DNA of 64,000 bases, from positions 885 through 64,884 of the IMG/VR virus record IMGVR_UViG_2926528486_000004; one strand, written 5' to 3'. The first letter of the stretch is position 1. Each line of letters begins with the position of its first letter. This DNA comes from a virus. Lineage: Duplodnaviria; Caudoviricetes. This document shows, piece by piece, positions 18,510 to 27,920 of the stretch. The notes below the pieces were generated by a model that was not told where the DNA came from, searched no databases, and saw only the letters and a list, made by a program, of their open reading frames with translations. The position numbers were made by a program, and so were the translations under genes.

Positions 18510-19328
18510 CTACAAATAACGCTCATCAAGTACATAAGTTATATAGCTCGAACATCCCGGATGTGGCGAATAGATTTCGCTATCCATCGGATCGTAGATG
18601 CCTGCGCCTTGCCCGTATCTATCTTCGCGCGCTAACTGATAGCATCGATGAGTCGAGTGCCCTTTGTGGCGATGTCCGTTATCCGTAATCTTGACCCACT
18701 GGACTACGTCGCTTCGTTTGGCGCTATGTGCCGACCCGACTCGATAAGCCGTATTGCCTTCGGTCACTACCAATCTTCGAATCTTCCACGTCTCGTTTTC
18801 GTGTACTCGTCGGATGTTAGCAATCATTGTGCTGACGGACTCTCCGCGGATAATATCAGCGCGCAATACTTTCGATAGTTCATCGCGCATATCTCCGCTT
18901 AGCCGCCAAACACGATCGCTCAAGACTAAGCCATCTTCACCGTAGCGTCTCATGACATAGTCGAATACGTTTCGATTGATCCTTTCGAGTGTAGCTCCTG
19001 CAATTGCACCGGCACCGACCGCCGTTTTGACTGCTCCGTTTATGCCCGCCGTTGCAAAGCCGGCTGATTCCAATACGATGCCTTCGATGGAAGACGTACC
19101 GTACTTGCGCATTAGATCCTCGATATCGTTCAGCTCGCGTAGTAGTCTCGACAAGCGTTGACGTTTAATTGTGCCATCTGCTGTGGCAAAGTCCGCAAGC
19201 AAGTCGCTAATGTCGCCCCGTATTCTTCCGATTTCCTTTATGGCGAATGTGACTTGCTTATCGTTTAATTTGCCGTAATCTAGCGATAGCTTTCTAAGTA
19301 GTTCGTCGAGTTCCGCTTGTTTGCTCAT
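18510..19328 (-). CDS. Minor head/morphogenesis protein (SPP1 gp7/Mu gpF-like)
   Basis: LSDRVW, RRLVVTEGNTAY, C...PHPGCSS motifs. Confidence 0.75.
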   Translation of the reverse strand: MSKQAELDELLRKLSLDYGKLNDKQVTFAIKEIGRIRGDISDLLADFATADGTIKRQRLSRLLRELNDIEDLMRKYGTSSIEGIVLESAGFATAGINGAVKTAVGAGAIAGATLERINRNVFDYVMRRYGEDGLVLSDRVWRLSGDMRDELSKVLRADIIRGESVSTMIANIRRVHENETWKIRRLVVTEGNTAYRVGSAHSAKRSDVVQWVKITDNGHRHKGHSTHRCYQLAREDRYGQGAGIYDPMDSEIYSPHPGCSSYITYVLDERYL

Positions 19329-19672
19329 CGGCAGTCTGCCCTTCCTACATGCGATTGACTAGCACCGTTTCCCCGCTTATACTTTCGATAGTTTTTTCGG
19401 GATTCTTTTGCTAGTTGCATATAATTAGCGTAGATGCTCGACTTATCGACCATTTCTTCGCCGTCGGTATACTTAAAGTAGTGCGCTGTATTTGCTGTAA
19501 TCGTTTCATATCCGACGGAAAGTGCGAGATAAAATACCGCATTCTCATTTTCCTCTTCCGTAAATCCCGATTCAATAACAGCTTCGGCGACCCAATCGAC
19601 AATATCAGCCGGAGTGACGCCTGGAACATTATTTAACCGCGTTTGCAATCGTTCTGATACCGATACCGTCAT
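19325..19672 (-). CDS. Head-tail adaptor protein
   Basis: Synteny after capsid genes; helical 115 aa. Confidence 0.55.
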   Translation of the reverse strand: MTVSVSERLQTRLNNVPGVTPADIVDWVAEAVIESGFTEEENENAVFYLALSVGYETITANTAHYFKYTDGEEMVDKSSIYANYMQLAKESRKNYRKYKRGNGASQSHVGRADCR

Positions 19673-19687
19673 TTGGCGTCACCTCCG

Positions 19688-19885
19688 TTATTTCTGTTTT
19701 GGCTTTGCTTTCGGTTTTTCCGGTGCTGGTTTTTCTTCTGACTGAACAAACGGCTTTGCTTTTTCTAGCGCCTCGATTACCTTTTCATCATTCGTAACAA
19801 GCACGCCCTCTCCGTTAAATAATGCATACACTCCATCGCGATTGTATTCATAGTTAGGAATAGCTTTAAATTTCGCTGTTTTCAT
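19688..19885 (-). CDS. Small head-associated protein
   Basis: Lys/Pro-rich tail typical of post-capsid small proteins. Confidence 0.5.
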   Translation of the reverse strand: MKTAKFKAIPNYEYNRDGVYALFNGEGVLVTNDEKVIEALEKAKPFVQSEEKPAPEKPKAKPKQK

Positions 19886-20331
19886 TAGGCACTGCCTCCT
19901 TCTAAGACCGCGATTTTAGCCGCTAACGATTCCAGGACAGCTTGCACATTTGCGCCGGTTACACCGCTAATTGCTGTAGTAGATACTTGGCCTGCGTTGT
20001 GTGCGTGATTTCCGGCTGCTGCAGTACTTGCCGTTGAACCAATCGCTAAGCTAGACGTTCCTGCGCCGATTGCTGTTCTTGCGGCTGCCGCGTCTTGTGC
20101 AGAAAGCACGCCTCGACCTACTGTGGACGCGTCACTAATTTGAGACGCCGTATGGGTATGCGTACTTGGTGGAAACGTGCTCGGTTTACCGGTAACATCG
20201 CCCCAAGCTACAGCAGTGCTTCCGTCGCCAGTATTCTCTTGTAAGTCTTTTATGATATCGCCCAACTTAACGTCATTAGCGACGGGCATAGACAAATTTA
20301 GTCGTTCTTTTTCCGTTTCATTAATCGGCAT
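19885..20331 (-). CDS. Head fibre/decoration-like protein
   Basis: WGDVTGKPSTFPPSTHTH and AARTAIGAGTS fibre motifs; follows MCP. Confidence 0.6.
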   Translation of the reverse strand: MPINETEKERLNLSMPVANDVKLGDIIKDLQENTGDGSTAVAWGDVTGKPSTFPPSTHTHTASQISDASTVGRGVLSAQDAAAARTAIGAGTSSLAIGSTASTAAAGNHAHNAGQVSTTAISGVTGANVQAVLESLAAKIAVLEGGSA

Positions 20332-20377
20332 ATTTTCGGTTCCTCCTTAAGAAGGGCGCCCGAATGGACGCCGTTAA

Positions 20378-21499
20378 TTATGCAATAGTTTTAGAGATAT
20401 TAGATAATACTGCAACGGATTCTTTAGCGTTCTTGATTTCGAAGCCAAGCTCACCGCGGATAACACGAGCAAAGTAGTCAGCGCCCGGGTTTGTTGCATC
20501 CTGGTCGTAGAAAGATTGAAGGTAACGGGCTTTGATGTTGTTTACATCTAGTAATAGCGCGCGATCCTTCGGCATATTTTGGTCAACTACAACGCTGGAA
20601 ACTGTACCGCCAGGAAGATCACTCATGAATGACATGATTTGATGTCCTACAGTACCTTCTCCGCGAGTTGTACGGATTGTGTCGCTAGCAAGCTTCGTAA
20701 TCTGACGAGCTACGTTTGGAGCACACACGATTGTGTCAACGCGACCGCCGCGTTTGAATGTTTCTTCGATAGCATCATTCAGTTTTTTCGCGCCAATTTC
20801 TTCGCCACCCATATCGAACTTCGCAGAACTCTGTTCTTGTGCGAATGCAAATAATCCGCCAGTTGTACGTGGGTTACTTTCGCCAGCACCTGGGTACTTA
20901 CGTCCATAGATTAAAGTGGTGTTAACTTCGCGAATCATTTCTTGTAGACGAAGGTTAACTTGGTAATCCAATTCGTTAGACACACCGTAAGTGTTTACTT
21001 GTTGTTGAGAACGTGATACTTTCGCAAAGCGAGAGAAGATTTGCGAATAGTTATGAGATACAATTCGATCATTAATCTCGTTATGACGGAAGGCTTCTTC
21101 ACCTTCTGGACGCGGGCGTGAAATAACTTTCAATTCAGCATCCGCAGTGATTGCTTCCGGCTCAGTAGCGTCATAACCACGTTGAACAGTAATTGAATCA
21201 CCGTTTACCGCAGTAACCTTTAATACTTCAAGACCATTTTGTACAAGAGCATTAACAGTAAACTTACGCCCTTCTCCATCTTTCAAAACGATAGCCGTTG
21301 CGTCAGCCGCTGCTGCCGATTTTACATCGCCTGTATCGCTATTTAGGTAATCGTTCTGCCATTCGAACTTAGTTTGCGTTAACGCTTCTCCTGTGCCGAT
21401 TAATCCGAAAAGAACCGGAGCCTTAGTTAAAATTAAATCTACATTCGCTTGCATTTGGCGAACTTGTTGTTGGAAATCATAAGTAGTTGCTACGTTCAT
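20378..21499 (-). CDS. Major capsid protein (DUF5309/SU10-like)
   Basis: TKFEWQND, NYSQIF, RTTGGL motifs; follows scaffold. Confidence 0.85.
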   Translation of the reverse strand: MNVATTYDFQQQVRQMQANVDLILTKAPVLFGLIGTGEALTQTKFEWQNDYLNSDTGDVKSAAAADATAIVLKDGEGRKFTVNALVQNGLEVLKVTAVNGDSITVQRGYDATEPEAITADAELKVISRPRPEGEEAFRHNEINDRIVSHNYSQIFSRFAKVSRSQQQVNTYGVSNELDYQVNLRLQEMIREVNTTLIYGRKYPGAGESNPRTTGGLFAFAQEQSSAKFDMGGEEIGAKKLNDAIEETFKRGGRVDTIVCAPNVARQITKLASDTIRTTRGEGTVGHQIMSFMSDLPGGTVSSVVVDQNMPKDRALLLDVNNIKARYLQSFYDQDATNPGADYFARVIRGELGFEIKNAKESVAVLSNISKTIA

Positions 21500-21532
21500 T
21501 TTTCATATCCCCTTTTTGTTTGGTTTTGTAAT

Positions 21533-21556
21533 AAAAAAAAGCCGCCGGCTGGCGAC
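21533..21556 (-). terminator. Terminator-like hairpin between scaffold and capsid genes
   Basis: Minus strand GTCGCC-AGCC-GGCGGC followed by T8. Confidence 0.6.
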
Positions 21557-21560
21557 TGGA

Positions 21561-22283
21561 TTACTTCCTTTGTCTTAATGCAATAAGCTCGTTATAGATA
21601 CGTGTAACTGTTCCCATGAATCGGCTATCCTTAAGCGCTTTTTCTTGAGCATCCGCAAGTTCTTTTTCTTTTGCGGAAATCTCATTTACACTAGGATTCT
21701 TCGCCGGATTTGAACCGCCCACTGCATCTGCGCCAAGTGACTGCTTAAACATCCAAGGCTTCGCTTCTTTTAGCGTATTAACAGCTTCATCGACGCCTTT
21801 TACGTTGCCTTCGTCGTCTATTTCAATGGACGACTTATCAAGTAATGTAAGCACGTCATTCAAATCATTCGCATTCAGCGATCGTGCTATCGATTTGATT
21901 TCCGTATTAACGATCCGTTGATTAGCAGATTCTTGAGCTTTCTTTGCTTGCTCCGCAGCTTCTTCGGCTTTCTTGGACGCTTCTTCTTTCTCTGCCTTCA
22001 AACGTTCTGCTTCGGACATTGCCGCCTTTTTACGTTCCTCTTCCGCCTGCTCGTATTCCTCAAGCTTTTTTAACTTGTCGGCCGTCTCTAATTGCTTCTT
22101 CTTTTCACGGGCGACTCTATCAGCGAGAATTTTATCGAGTTCGGCTTGCGTAAAAGTTTTCTCGGACTGTTCCTCGGTTTTCTTTTCCGGCTCCGCAGCC
22201 GTTGATTGTCCGTCTCCACCTTCGCCACCTAAATCTGCGGAAAACAACTGTAAATTTATCGGTAAAAATAATCGTTTAAACAT
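21561..22283 (-). CDS. Capsid scaffolding protein
   Basis: NLQLFS (Prp-type cleavage motif), KTFTQAELDKI, coiled coil, KPWMF. Confidence 0.85.
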   Translation of the reverse strand: MFKRLFLPINLQLFSADLGGEGGDGQSTAAEPEKKTEEQSEKTFTQAELDKILADRVAREKKKQLETADKLKKLEEYEQAEEERKKAAMSEAERLKAEKEEASKKAEEAAEQAKKAQESANQRIVNTEIKSIARSLNANDLNDVLTLLDKSSIEIDDEGNVKGVDEAVNTLKEAKPWMFKQSLGADAVGGSNPAKNPSVNEISAKEKELADAQEKALKDSRFMGTVTRIYNELIALRQRK

Positions 22284-22292
22284 TGTATACCT

Positions 22293-22372
22293 CCAACCGG
22301 TTTAGAGCCGTCGCTCATAAAGTTGCGAATATGAACAACCGTTTAGTTTATAGCGTCTTAACGTTCGGACAG
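22293..22372 (-). promoter_or_regulatory. Structured 5' leader of scaffold gene (GP20-type cis RNA-like)
   Basis: Two stem-loop + TAAAC..GG units (GTCCGAACGTTAAGAC...TAAACTAAACGG; GAGC-GACG-GCTC-TAAACCGG) abutting the RBS. Confidence 0.5.
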
Positions 22373-22380
22373 TGCGTTCA

Positions 22381-23898
22381 TTATTCGCTTGGTTCTTGAT
22401 ACGGGTCTTGTGATTGGCGTTTTAAATTACGCTCTTGCAAGATTTCCATAAACTTCTGCTCCGGATTGTCTTTCCCACTCCGTGCGATTGCGCCCTTTAT
22501 CGATTCCATTTCCGATGCAATTTCTTCGGATAATTGTTCAACTAACGCTTTTTGGTCTTGCGGCGTAGGTAGTCCGAATACAATCCTGCTGCTGTAGTAG
22601 CCGTCAACTTTGGACAGCCACTCCTTATCGTATTTAAAACGAGGATCATCTTGGCGCGCTTTCATATAGCGCAAAATGTACTCATTAAGCGTTTGTAGTC
22701 GCGACTGCCAAATAATCCAATTTCGCTGCGTCTTCGATATGATTGCGCTGAACATCATTTGTACCGCCATGTCGTTAATACCGCCAGTGTTCATGTCCGC
22801 AGTGTTTACGAGTGGTACCTCGACTTTTTCGTGAAGTCGTTTTTGCAGCCTGTCAAGATATGCTTCGATTGTTTCTTTAAACTTAAATCCGCTTTCTAAC
22901 TTCGCTGCCTTCGGTTCCCCTAGTTCCTTGTCGCCGTCACCCAAATCCCAAAGACCGCCCGGCGCAACTTGATAAGGATTTTTAGGGTCTGCGTCAACGT
23001 TTGATAGCAGCGTAATAGCAAACATTTCGAACCTTAGTGCGTCGGAGTAGTCGGACATCTTTCGGTCAATCTCATCCGCAATCTCAATCGTCTTTTCTAA
23101 TTCGCTATAGCCTTCTGTTTGTCCGCTCAATTTCTCTGTCGGTACATGGACAACGGGTATGAAATCCAGCCCCATTGACTGCCGCACTACACGTTCCGTC
23201 TGTTTAGTTACGAATCCGTCGTATACTGCTTCTTCAATTTCGCAATCATATACGCCAGTATCTTCGCGCCATACGAGATAATAAGAAAGCTTCCAAAGCT
23301 TCGTCTGCTCTTCGTCTAGCCACGCCGTAAAATGAACTTCATCTAACTGGTCGACATCCCATTCGTTGTATACTGCGATAACCTCCGTTGAAGGGTGCCA
23401 AAGTATTTTTATTTCACCGCGTCGATTGTCGTAATGTAAACGGGCATATACGCCGCTCCTTGTAATCGCACGGTCTTTAGCAGCCGCCAATAATTTCTCA
23501 TGCATCCGATTGTCTTCCCAAACCCACGTTAGCAAACGTTCTTTTGCTTTAGCTCGACTGTTTTCCGCTTCCTGTTCGCTGCTCGGCGAATAGTTAGGCT
23601 TGAGCATTAAAGCCGGATCATCGAGTACATCAGGAGGCACCGTCACTTTCGGCTCTTTTTCGAATTGCCATGCCGCAATTGTATCGACCATTTTTCGCGG
23701 GTAATTAATAGTTAATAGAGTCGGGTCATAATCGATTTTGTCCGGCTTAATGTAATCAGACCATACGTTTAAATCGCCTTCATAGCGTCTGTACAGCCTC
23801 ATTTCATCAAGAATACGATGCCACTCCGATTGTCCTAATGCCTCACGCATCGGTATGATAAACTCAATCGGATTCATTAAGTTTCGGTCAACTTGCAT
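22381..23898 (-). CDS. Portal protein (SPP1 gp6-like)
   Basis: 505 aa directly after terL; FIPVVHVP...GYSEL motif. Confidence 0.85.
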   Translation of the reverse strand: MQVDRNLMNPIEFIIPMREALGQSEWHRILDEMRLYRRYEGDLNVWSDYIKPDKIDYDPTLLTINYPRKMVDTIAAWQFEKEPKVTVPPDVLDDPALMLKPNYSPSSEQEAENSRAKAKERLLTWVWEDNRMHEKLLAAAKDRAITRSGVYARLHYDNRRGEIKILWHPSTEVIAVYNEWDVDQLDEVHFTAWLDEEQTKLWKLSYYLVWREDTGVYDCEIEEAVYDGFVTKQTERVVRQSMGLDFIPVVHVPTEKLSGQTEGYSELEKTIEIADEIDRKMSDYSDALRFEMFAITLLSNVDADPKNPYQVAPGGLWDLGDGDKELGEPKAAKLESGFKFKETIEAYLDRLQKRLHEKVEVPLVNTADMNTGGINDMAVQMMFSAIISKTQRNWIIWQSRLQTLNEYILRYMKARQDDPRFKYDKEWLSKVDGYYSSRIVFGLPTPQDQKALVEQLSEEIASEMESIKGAIARSGKDNPEQKFMEILQERNLKRQSQDPYQEPSE

Positions 23899-23910
23899 TC
23901 GACCACCTCC

Positions 23911-25686
23911 TTAGTATCTGTAATTTCCGGCGTTGCCGCCTTTTCTTCGCGTCGACTTAACGACTGTCGATACCGCCATTTGCAGCGAGTCAGGACCGTC
24001 ATCATTTGCGCCTTGACCGTATCGTTCGAACTGCTCAAGCAATAGCGTATGCTTTTTATTAAAGCGAATCGTGCCGTTTTCAATGTCCGGTTTCATTGCT
24101 TCAATCCGCAGCTCCTTTTTCGTCCGGTTCTTTATTTTCTTTAATCGAGTGGTTGCCGGATAACCTTCCGCATCTAACCTTTTCGTTAGCTGATCCGCGA
24201 TGAACTCCTGCGCAACGTTCGCATCAGCAGCGATAACATCCGGTTGCCAAAGTTTAACCTTATCGACAATTACTTCGAAATAATCATCTATTGGTAAACG
24301 TTGCACAAATGAATCTATAACGTAGATGGTGCCGTTCTCTTTATGTCTTGCAACAACGTGTAGTGCCGAATAATCTCCGCGCTCTCTTCCGAAAGCAAAG
24401 TCGAGTCCCATCGATATGAGAAATTCGTCCGATAGGAAGTTATATAGCTTTCCACCTTCGTTCCAATAAGTAAAAGTATCCGGATTAAAAATCATCGATT
24501 CTTCATCGATTGGATTATTCATGTACTCCGTATTGAATGCTTTGCTGCCATTGTCCCATTTCCACGTCATCAACTTCCATAACGGCTGTACTTCCGGCCA
24601 TAGCACGCGACTACCAGCCAGCATTTCCGCCTCGTTATCCGCATAAAACGCCAACGCATCAGCAAGCCGATTCGGATTTTCTCGGTCAATATAAATAAGC
24701 CGGCACTGTTCCCAAAGGTCAGCCCGACTCGGTTGATCGATTATTGCGCGATATACTTTCGATTGAAAGTCCGAGCGATTGTATAAAACTTGCATTAAAA
24801 GTGCGTCAAAATGGACGGTAGTCCCCATGTAGACGAAGGCTGTCCGCTTGCCTTTCGGATCACCTAACGGAATGACGGTCTGCGAAAACCAATCGCGCAA
24901 TGACTGTCGTTGTTCGGGCGTAGATGCGTTCCCTCCTGGTCGTGCGTCCTCTAAGTCATCAAGGACGATTAAATCCGGACGTGAGCCATTCCAGTTACGT
25001 CCACGCAGCGCTTGACCAGTCGAAGCCGCTTCAACTAACGCCACTTGCTTGCGGTAATCACCGTCAGTATAATGCCATGCGATAAATCCTTCGCCGTTAT
25101 CCTGGATGTTCGACTGATCCTTCGGCGATAGCAAGGGACCGAAATCCTCGCGTAGCTTTCGATTAAACTTAAGCTGATTACGAATCCATTCCATGTTTGC
25201 CTTCGATACTTTCGGCGTTTCTGAAATGATTATTACGTATTTACGCAAGCGATAAACAAGCTCATGGACCGGAAAGGCTTTCGATAAGTAAGTCGACTTT
25301 GCGTGCGAACGAGGTGCTGCCGCAGCAATCTTCGCGTTGACATGATCAGTTGAAACTACGTTGATGATGCTCGCTATCTCTTGGTGAAAGTCGGGCGCTT
25401 CGTCAACGCGAGTTATATCGAAGCCTTCCCAATTGCCGTCGTTATCAGGATTACGCGCATCGCTGAAATATTCGATTGAAAACTCGAGTAAGTTTCCTTC
25501 GCAACGGTTAATACGGTTAAGCCGTTCTAGTTCGCTCGATTTATCGAAATAAGTAATCGCTATGTCTTCCGGCATATCAAGAACATCCGGATGATCAGCG
25601 TCAAGCTCCGCCAGGAATGATTCGTAAGTATCTATTAATTCCGCACGCTCTTTCCGTGCAATCCATCGATTATTAACCCACGCCAA
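23911..25686 (-). CDS. terL: Terminase large subunit
   Basis: APRSHAKST Walker A, LIVLDDLED, MGLDFA and NDDGPDSL nuclease motifs; TTG start after AGGAGGG RBS. Confidence 0.92.
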   Translation of the reverse strand: MAWVNNRWIARKERAELIDTYESFLAELDADHPDVLDMPEDIAITYFDKSSELERLNRINRCEGNLLEFSIEYFSDARNPDNDGNWEGFDITRVDEAPDFHQEIASIINVVSTDHVNAKIAAAAPRSHAKSTYLSKAFPVHELVYRLRKYVIIISETPKVSKANMEWIRNQLKFNRKLREDFGPLLSPKDQSNIQDNGEGFIAWHYTDGDYRKQVALVEAASTGQALRGRNWNGSRPDLIVLDDLEDARPGGNASTPEQRQSLRDWFSQTVIPLGDPKGKRTAFVYMGTTVHFDALLMQVLYNRSDFQSKVYRAIIDQPSRADLWEQCRLIYIDRENPNRLADALAFYADNEAEMLAGSRVLWPEVQPLWKLMTWKWDNGSKAFNTEYMNNPIDEESMIFNPDTFTYWNEGGKLYNFLSDEFLISMGLDFAFGRERGDYSALHVVARHKENGTIYVIDSFVQRLPIDDYFEVIVDKVKLWQPDVIAADANVAQEFIADQLTKRLDAEGYPATTRLKKIKNRTKKELRIEAMKPDIENGTIRFNKKHTLLLEQFERYGQGANDDGPDSLQMAVSTVVKSTRRKGGNAGNYRY

Positions 25687-25714
25687 ATTGTCGCCCTCCT
25701 TTCGTTTATTTACG

Positions 25715-25743
25715 TTGACTTTCGTTTTCACAGCGTTTATAAT
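25715..25743 (+). promoter_or_regulatory. sigma-A promoter of the recombinase gene
   Basis: TTGACT-17-TATAAT. Confidence 0.75.
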
Positions 25744-25763
25744 GAATGTAACAAAACAATGAG

Positions 25764-26327
25764 GTGATTACATTGAGTAACGCGGTGGATGCGATTAAAA
25801 CAAAACGCGATATTGAGCGCATGAAAAAAGCCCTTCACGGGCGAGATCGTTTGTTGTTCGTTATAGGTGTATCTTTCGGTTTGCGTATAAGCGACTTGCT
25901 TACGTTGAAGATTGGCGACTTACGTAATAAAACGCATTTGACCGTCGTTGAGAAAAAGACGACTGGTACACGTAAGCAACGAAAGCCCCGCCGCATTAAA
26001 CTGAGCCAAACGGTGGTTGCCGAGGTTAAAGCGCTTGGCGGTCATAACGACGATTACTTGTTTCAATCGCGCAAAGGCGTCAATCAGCCAATCAGCCGCG
26101 TCCAAGCTTACCGCATACTCAACGATGCTGCCGAACGTGCTGGCATTGACGTGAATATTGGAACGCACAGCTTACGGAAGGCGTTCGGCTGGCAATTGTA
26201 TAACAAAGGCATCGACGTGACACGTATTATGGAAATCTTCGGCCATTCAACGCCGGCAATGACGCTTAAGTATATCGGAATCACATCGCAAGAAATTGAC
26301 GATGCATACGAAGCTATCGAGGTTTAA
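25764..26327 (+). CDS. Small tyrosine recombinase (catalytic domain only)
   Basis: GLRISDLL, EKKT, HSLRKAF, FGHSTPAMTLKYIG: complete R-K-H-R-H-Y set. Confidence 0.92.
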   Translation: MITLSNAVDAIKTKRDIERMKKALHGRDRLLFVIGVSFGLRISDLLTLKIGDLRNKTHLTVVEKKTTGTRKQRKPRRIKLSQTVVAEVKALGGHNDDYLFQSRKGVNQPISRVQAYRILNDAAERAGIDVNIGTHSLRKAFGWQLYNKGIDVTRIMEIFGHSTPAMTLKYIGITSQEIDDAYEAIEV

Positions 26328-26876
26328 GACCCTCGGCGGCTTTTTATTTTGCGTAAACACAATAAAGCCGGCAACAGGGCGGTTGTCAGTTTCGTTCTGA
26401 TTACGCTTTATTACGATAAAGCCAAAGTGAAAATTTGATTCGCGTATTTAAAAACCACTAGGGCAGATGTTTTTAGTCTGACCCACCCCCGGCCCTATTT
26501 TCCTCGGGTTTATTCTGAATATAATATACATACTTTCGAATATTAAATGTATCGTTTATTACTTTTGTTACGTTAGGCATTCGCAACAAACAGCGTCGCA
26601 TCAACATTCGTAGCATACTCAGGCATATCATTCGCATACATACGTTTATGCATCGATAAGAATCGCGATATAGCAACGTTTGGCAATCATCCATATCCGC
26701 AACCCCTTGCATAGAATCCTGCATAAAGTTAGCGATTAATATCTGCGGAATCAAAGCGAAGAGAGGGTCACGCGCCAGCAGTGCGAGGCTAGTAAATCAA
26801 CGCCCTAAGTCCGAATTAGTCCGTAACTATTTACGCAATCTATCCGCATTCTTTCTTATTTATATAACCTACGATT

Positions 26877-27266
26877 TTACTTATCGGACTGCCTTCGCTG
26901 CCTCATCGCTTCAATTTGCGCTTTCATAGAATCAATATCCGTTTGACTTCCGTTTTTATTATCGACCTCTACTTTCTCCGTCAACATTCCGTGCATTTGC
27001 AATATCGTTCTAAATGCCGCTGCGTTTCCGGTTTCAATAATATTATCGAGCATAGAATCGAACATTTCCGGCAGACGATCCGTTGTCTTGCGCACAACTT
27101 CCTTCTTAAGCGCGTCGTTAAATTCGTCTTGCTTCTTCCATTCGAACAGCGTCGACTTTGCGATTCCGACTTCCTTTGCGATTTGCTCGTATGTTAAGCC
27201 TCCGCGTTTAGGCACGCTCAAATACTCGATAGCAGCGATTTGCTTCTCGCTCAATTGTTTCGCCAT
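26877..27266 (-). CDS. phBC6A51-type HTH protein, probable terminase small subunit
   Basis: LSEKQIAAIEYL...TYEQIAKEVGIAKSTLFEWKK; upstream of terL. Confidence 0.75.
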   Translation of the reverse strand: MAKQLSEKQIAAIEYLSVPKRGGLTYEQIAKEVGIAKSTLFEWKKQDEFNDALKKEVVRKTTDRLPEMFDSMLDNIIETGNAAAFRTILQMHGMLTEKVEVDNKNGSQTDIDSMKAQIEAMRQRRQSDK

Positions 27267-27331
27267 TTCTCATCCTCCCTTCGTTTATTCAACGCAAATA
27301 AAGACGCCCTATTGGACGCCCTCCTGTTCCG

Positions 27332-27391
27332 CTATCCATTCAGTCCGAGTTCTTTAGCTTCCAACATCAGCGCAACCCATTCCGCCTCCAC
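27332..27391 (-). pseudogene. Truncated SinI-like anti-repressor peptide (19 aa)
   Basis: RBS GAGGAGG, GTG start, MEAEWVALMLEAKELGLNG*; matches the SinI-family EW..L..EAK..G helix. Confidence 0.55.
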
Positions 27392-27465
27392 TAGCGTCCT
27401 CCTCTCGTTTACAATAAATTACCTACAACGATATATCAACGAAAATAAAGACGAATACGATACGC

Positions 27466-27627
27466 TTAAGCCTTGATATAAGCTCCATAACGCTCTAAGA
27501 ACTCAATAACGATTGACCTCTCGTCGGCATTGCGGCTAAACAAGCAATCCTTAGCAAGTGCTTCGGGCAATCCGTACTCCTTCAATGTTTCTACGTACGC
27601 CTTCTCTTCCGGTAAGTAATCTAACAA
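27466..27627 (-). CDS. 53-aa hypothetical protein (not in ORF track)
   Basis: RBS AAGGAGG, TTG start, MLDYLPEEKAYVETLKEYG...YIKA*. Confidence 0.55.
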   Translation of the reverse strand: MLDYLPEEKAYVETLKEYGLPEALAKDCLFSRNADERSIVIEFLERYGAYIKA

Positions 27628-27676
27628 ATAGGTTCCTCCTTCCTTAATTCCCGTTAATGGGAGTCGGGCGATAGCT

Positions 27677-27912
27677 GGTACGGAAATCGTACCGATGGTT
27701 ATCGCTTTGTTATTCTCTATCGCTAACGCTCTTTCTTTTGCGTCAAATACTTATATTAATAAATCGTGGCGACATATATGAGCGTAAGCGAATATGTGGC
27801 GCAATGTTTATAAGGCTTTATTATTAATGCTTTATAAGTAAAGATATATAGAGTACACTTATCGTACTAGGGTGGTACGGAAATCGTACTAGGGTAGTAC
27901 AGAAATCGTACC
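27677..27912. repeat. Iteron array / putative replication origin
   Basis: RGTAC-N4-ATCGTAC at 27852, 27874, 27896 (22-bp period) plus a copy at 27677; adjacent AT-rich tract; directly downstream of an HTH initiator-like gene. Confidence 0.7.
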
Positions 27913-27920
27913 ACCTACCG

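Noticed and set aside
26473-26754. 93-aa ORF between recombinase and terS
   Set aside because: Atypical Met/Cys-rich composition and no RBS; region looks like a cis-acting DNA site
27852-27912. Possible mini-CRISPR array
   Set aside because: 22-bp period leaves no unique spacers and no cas operon is present; fits iterons
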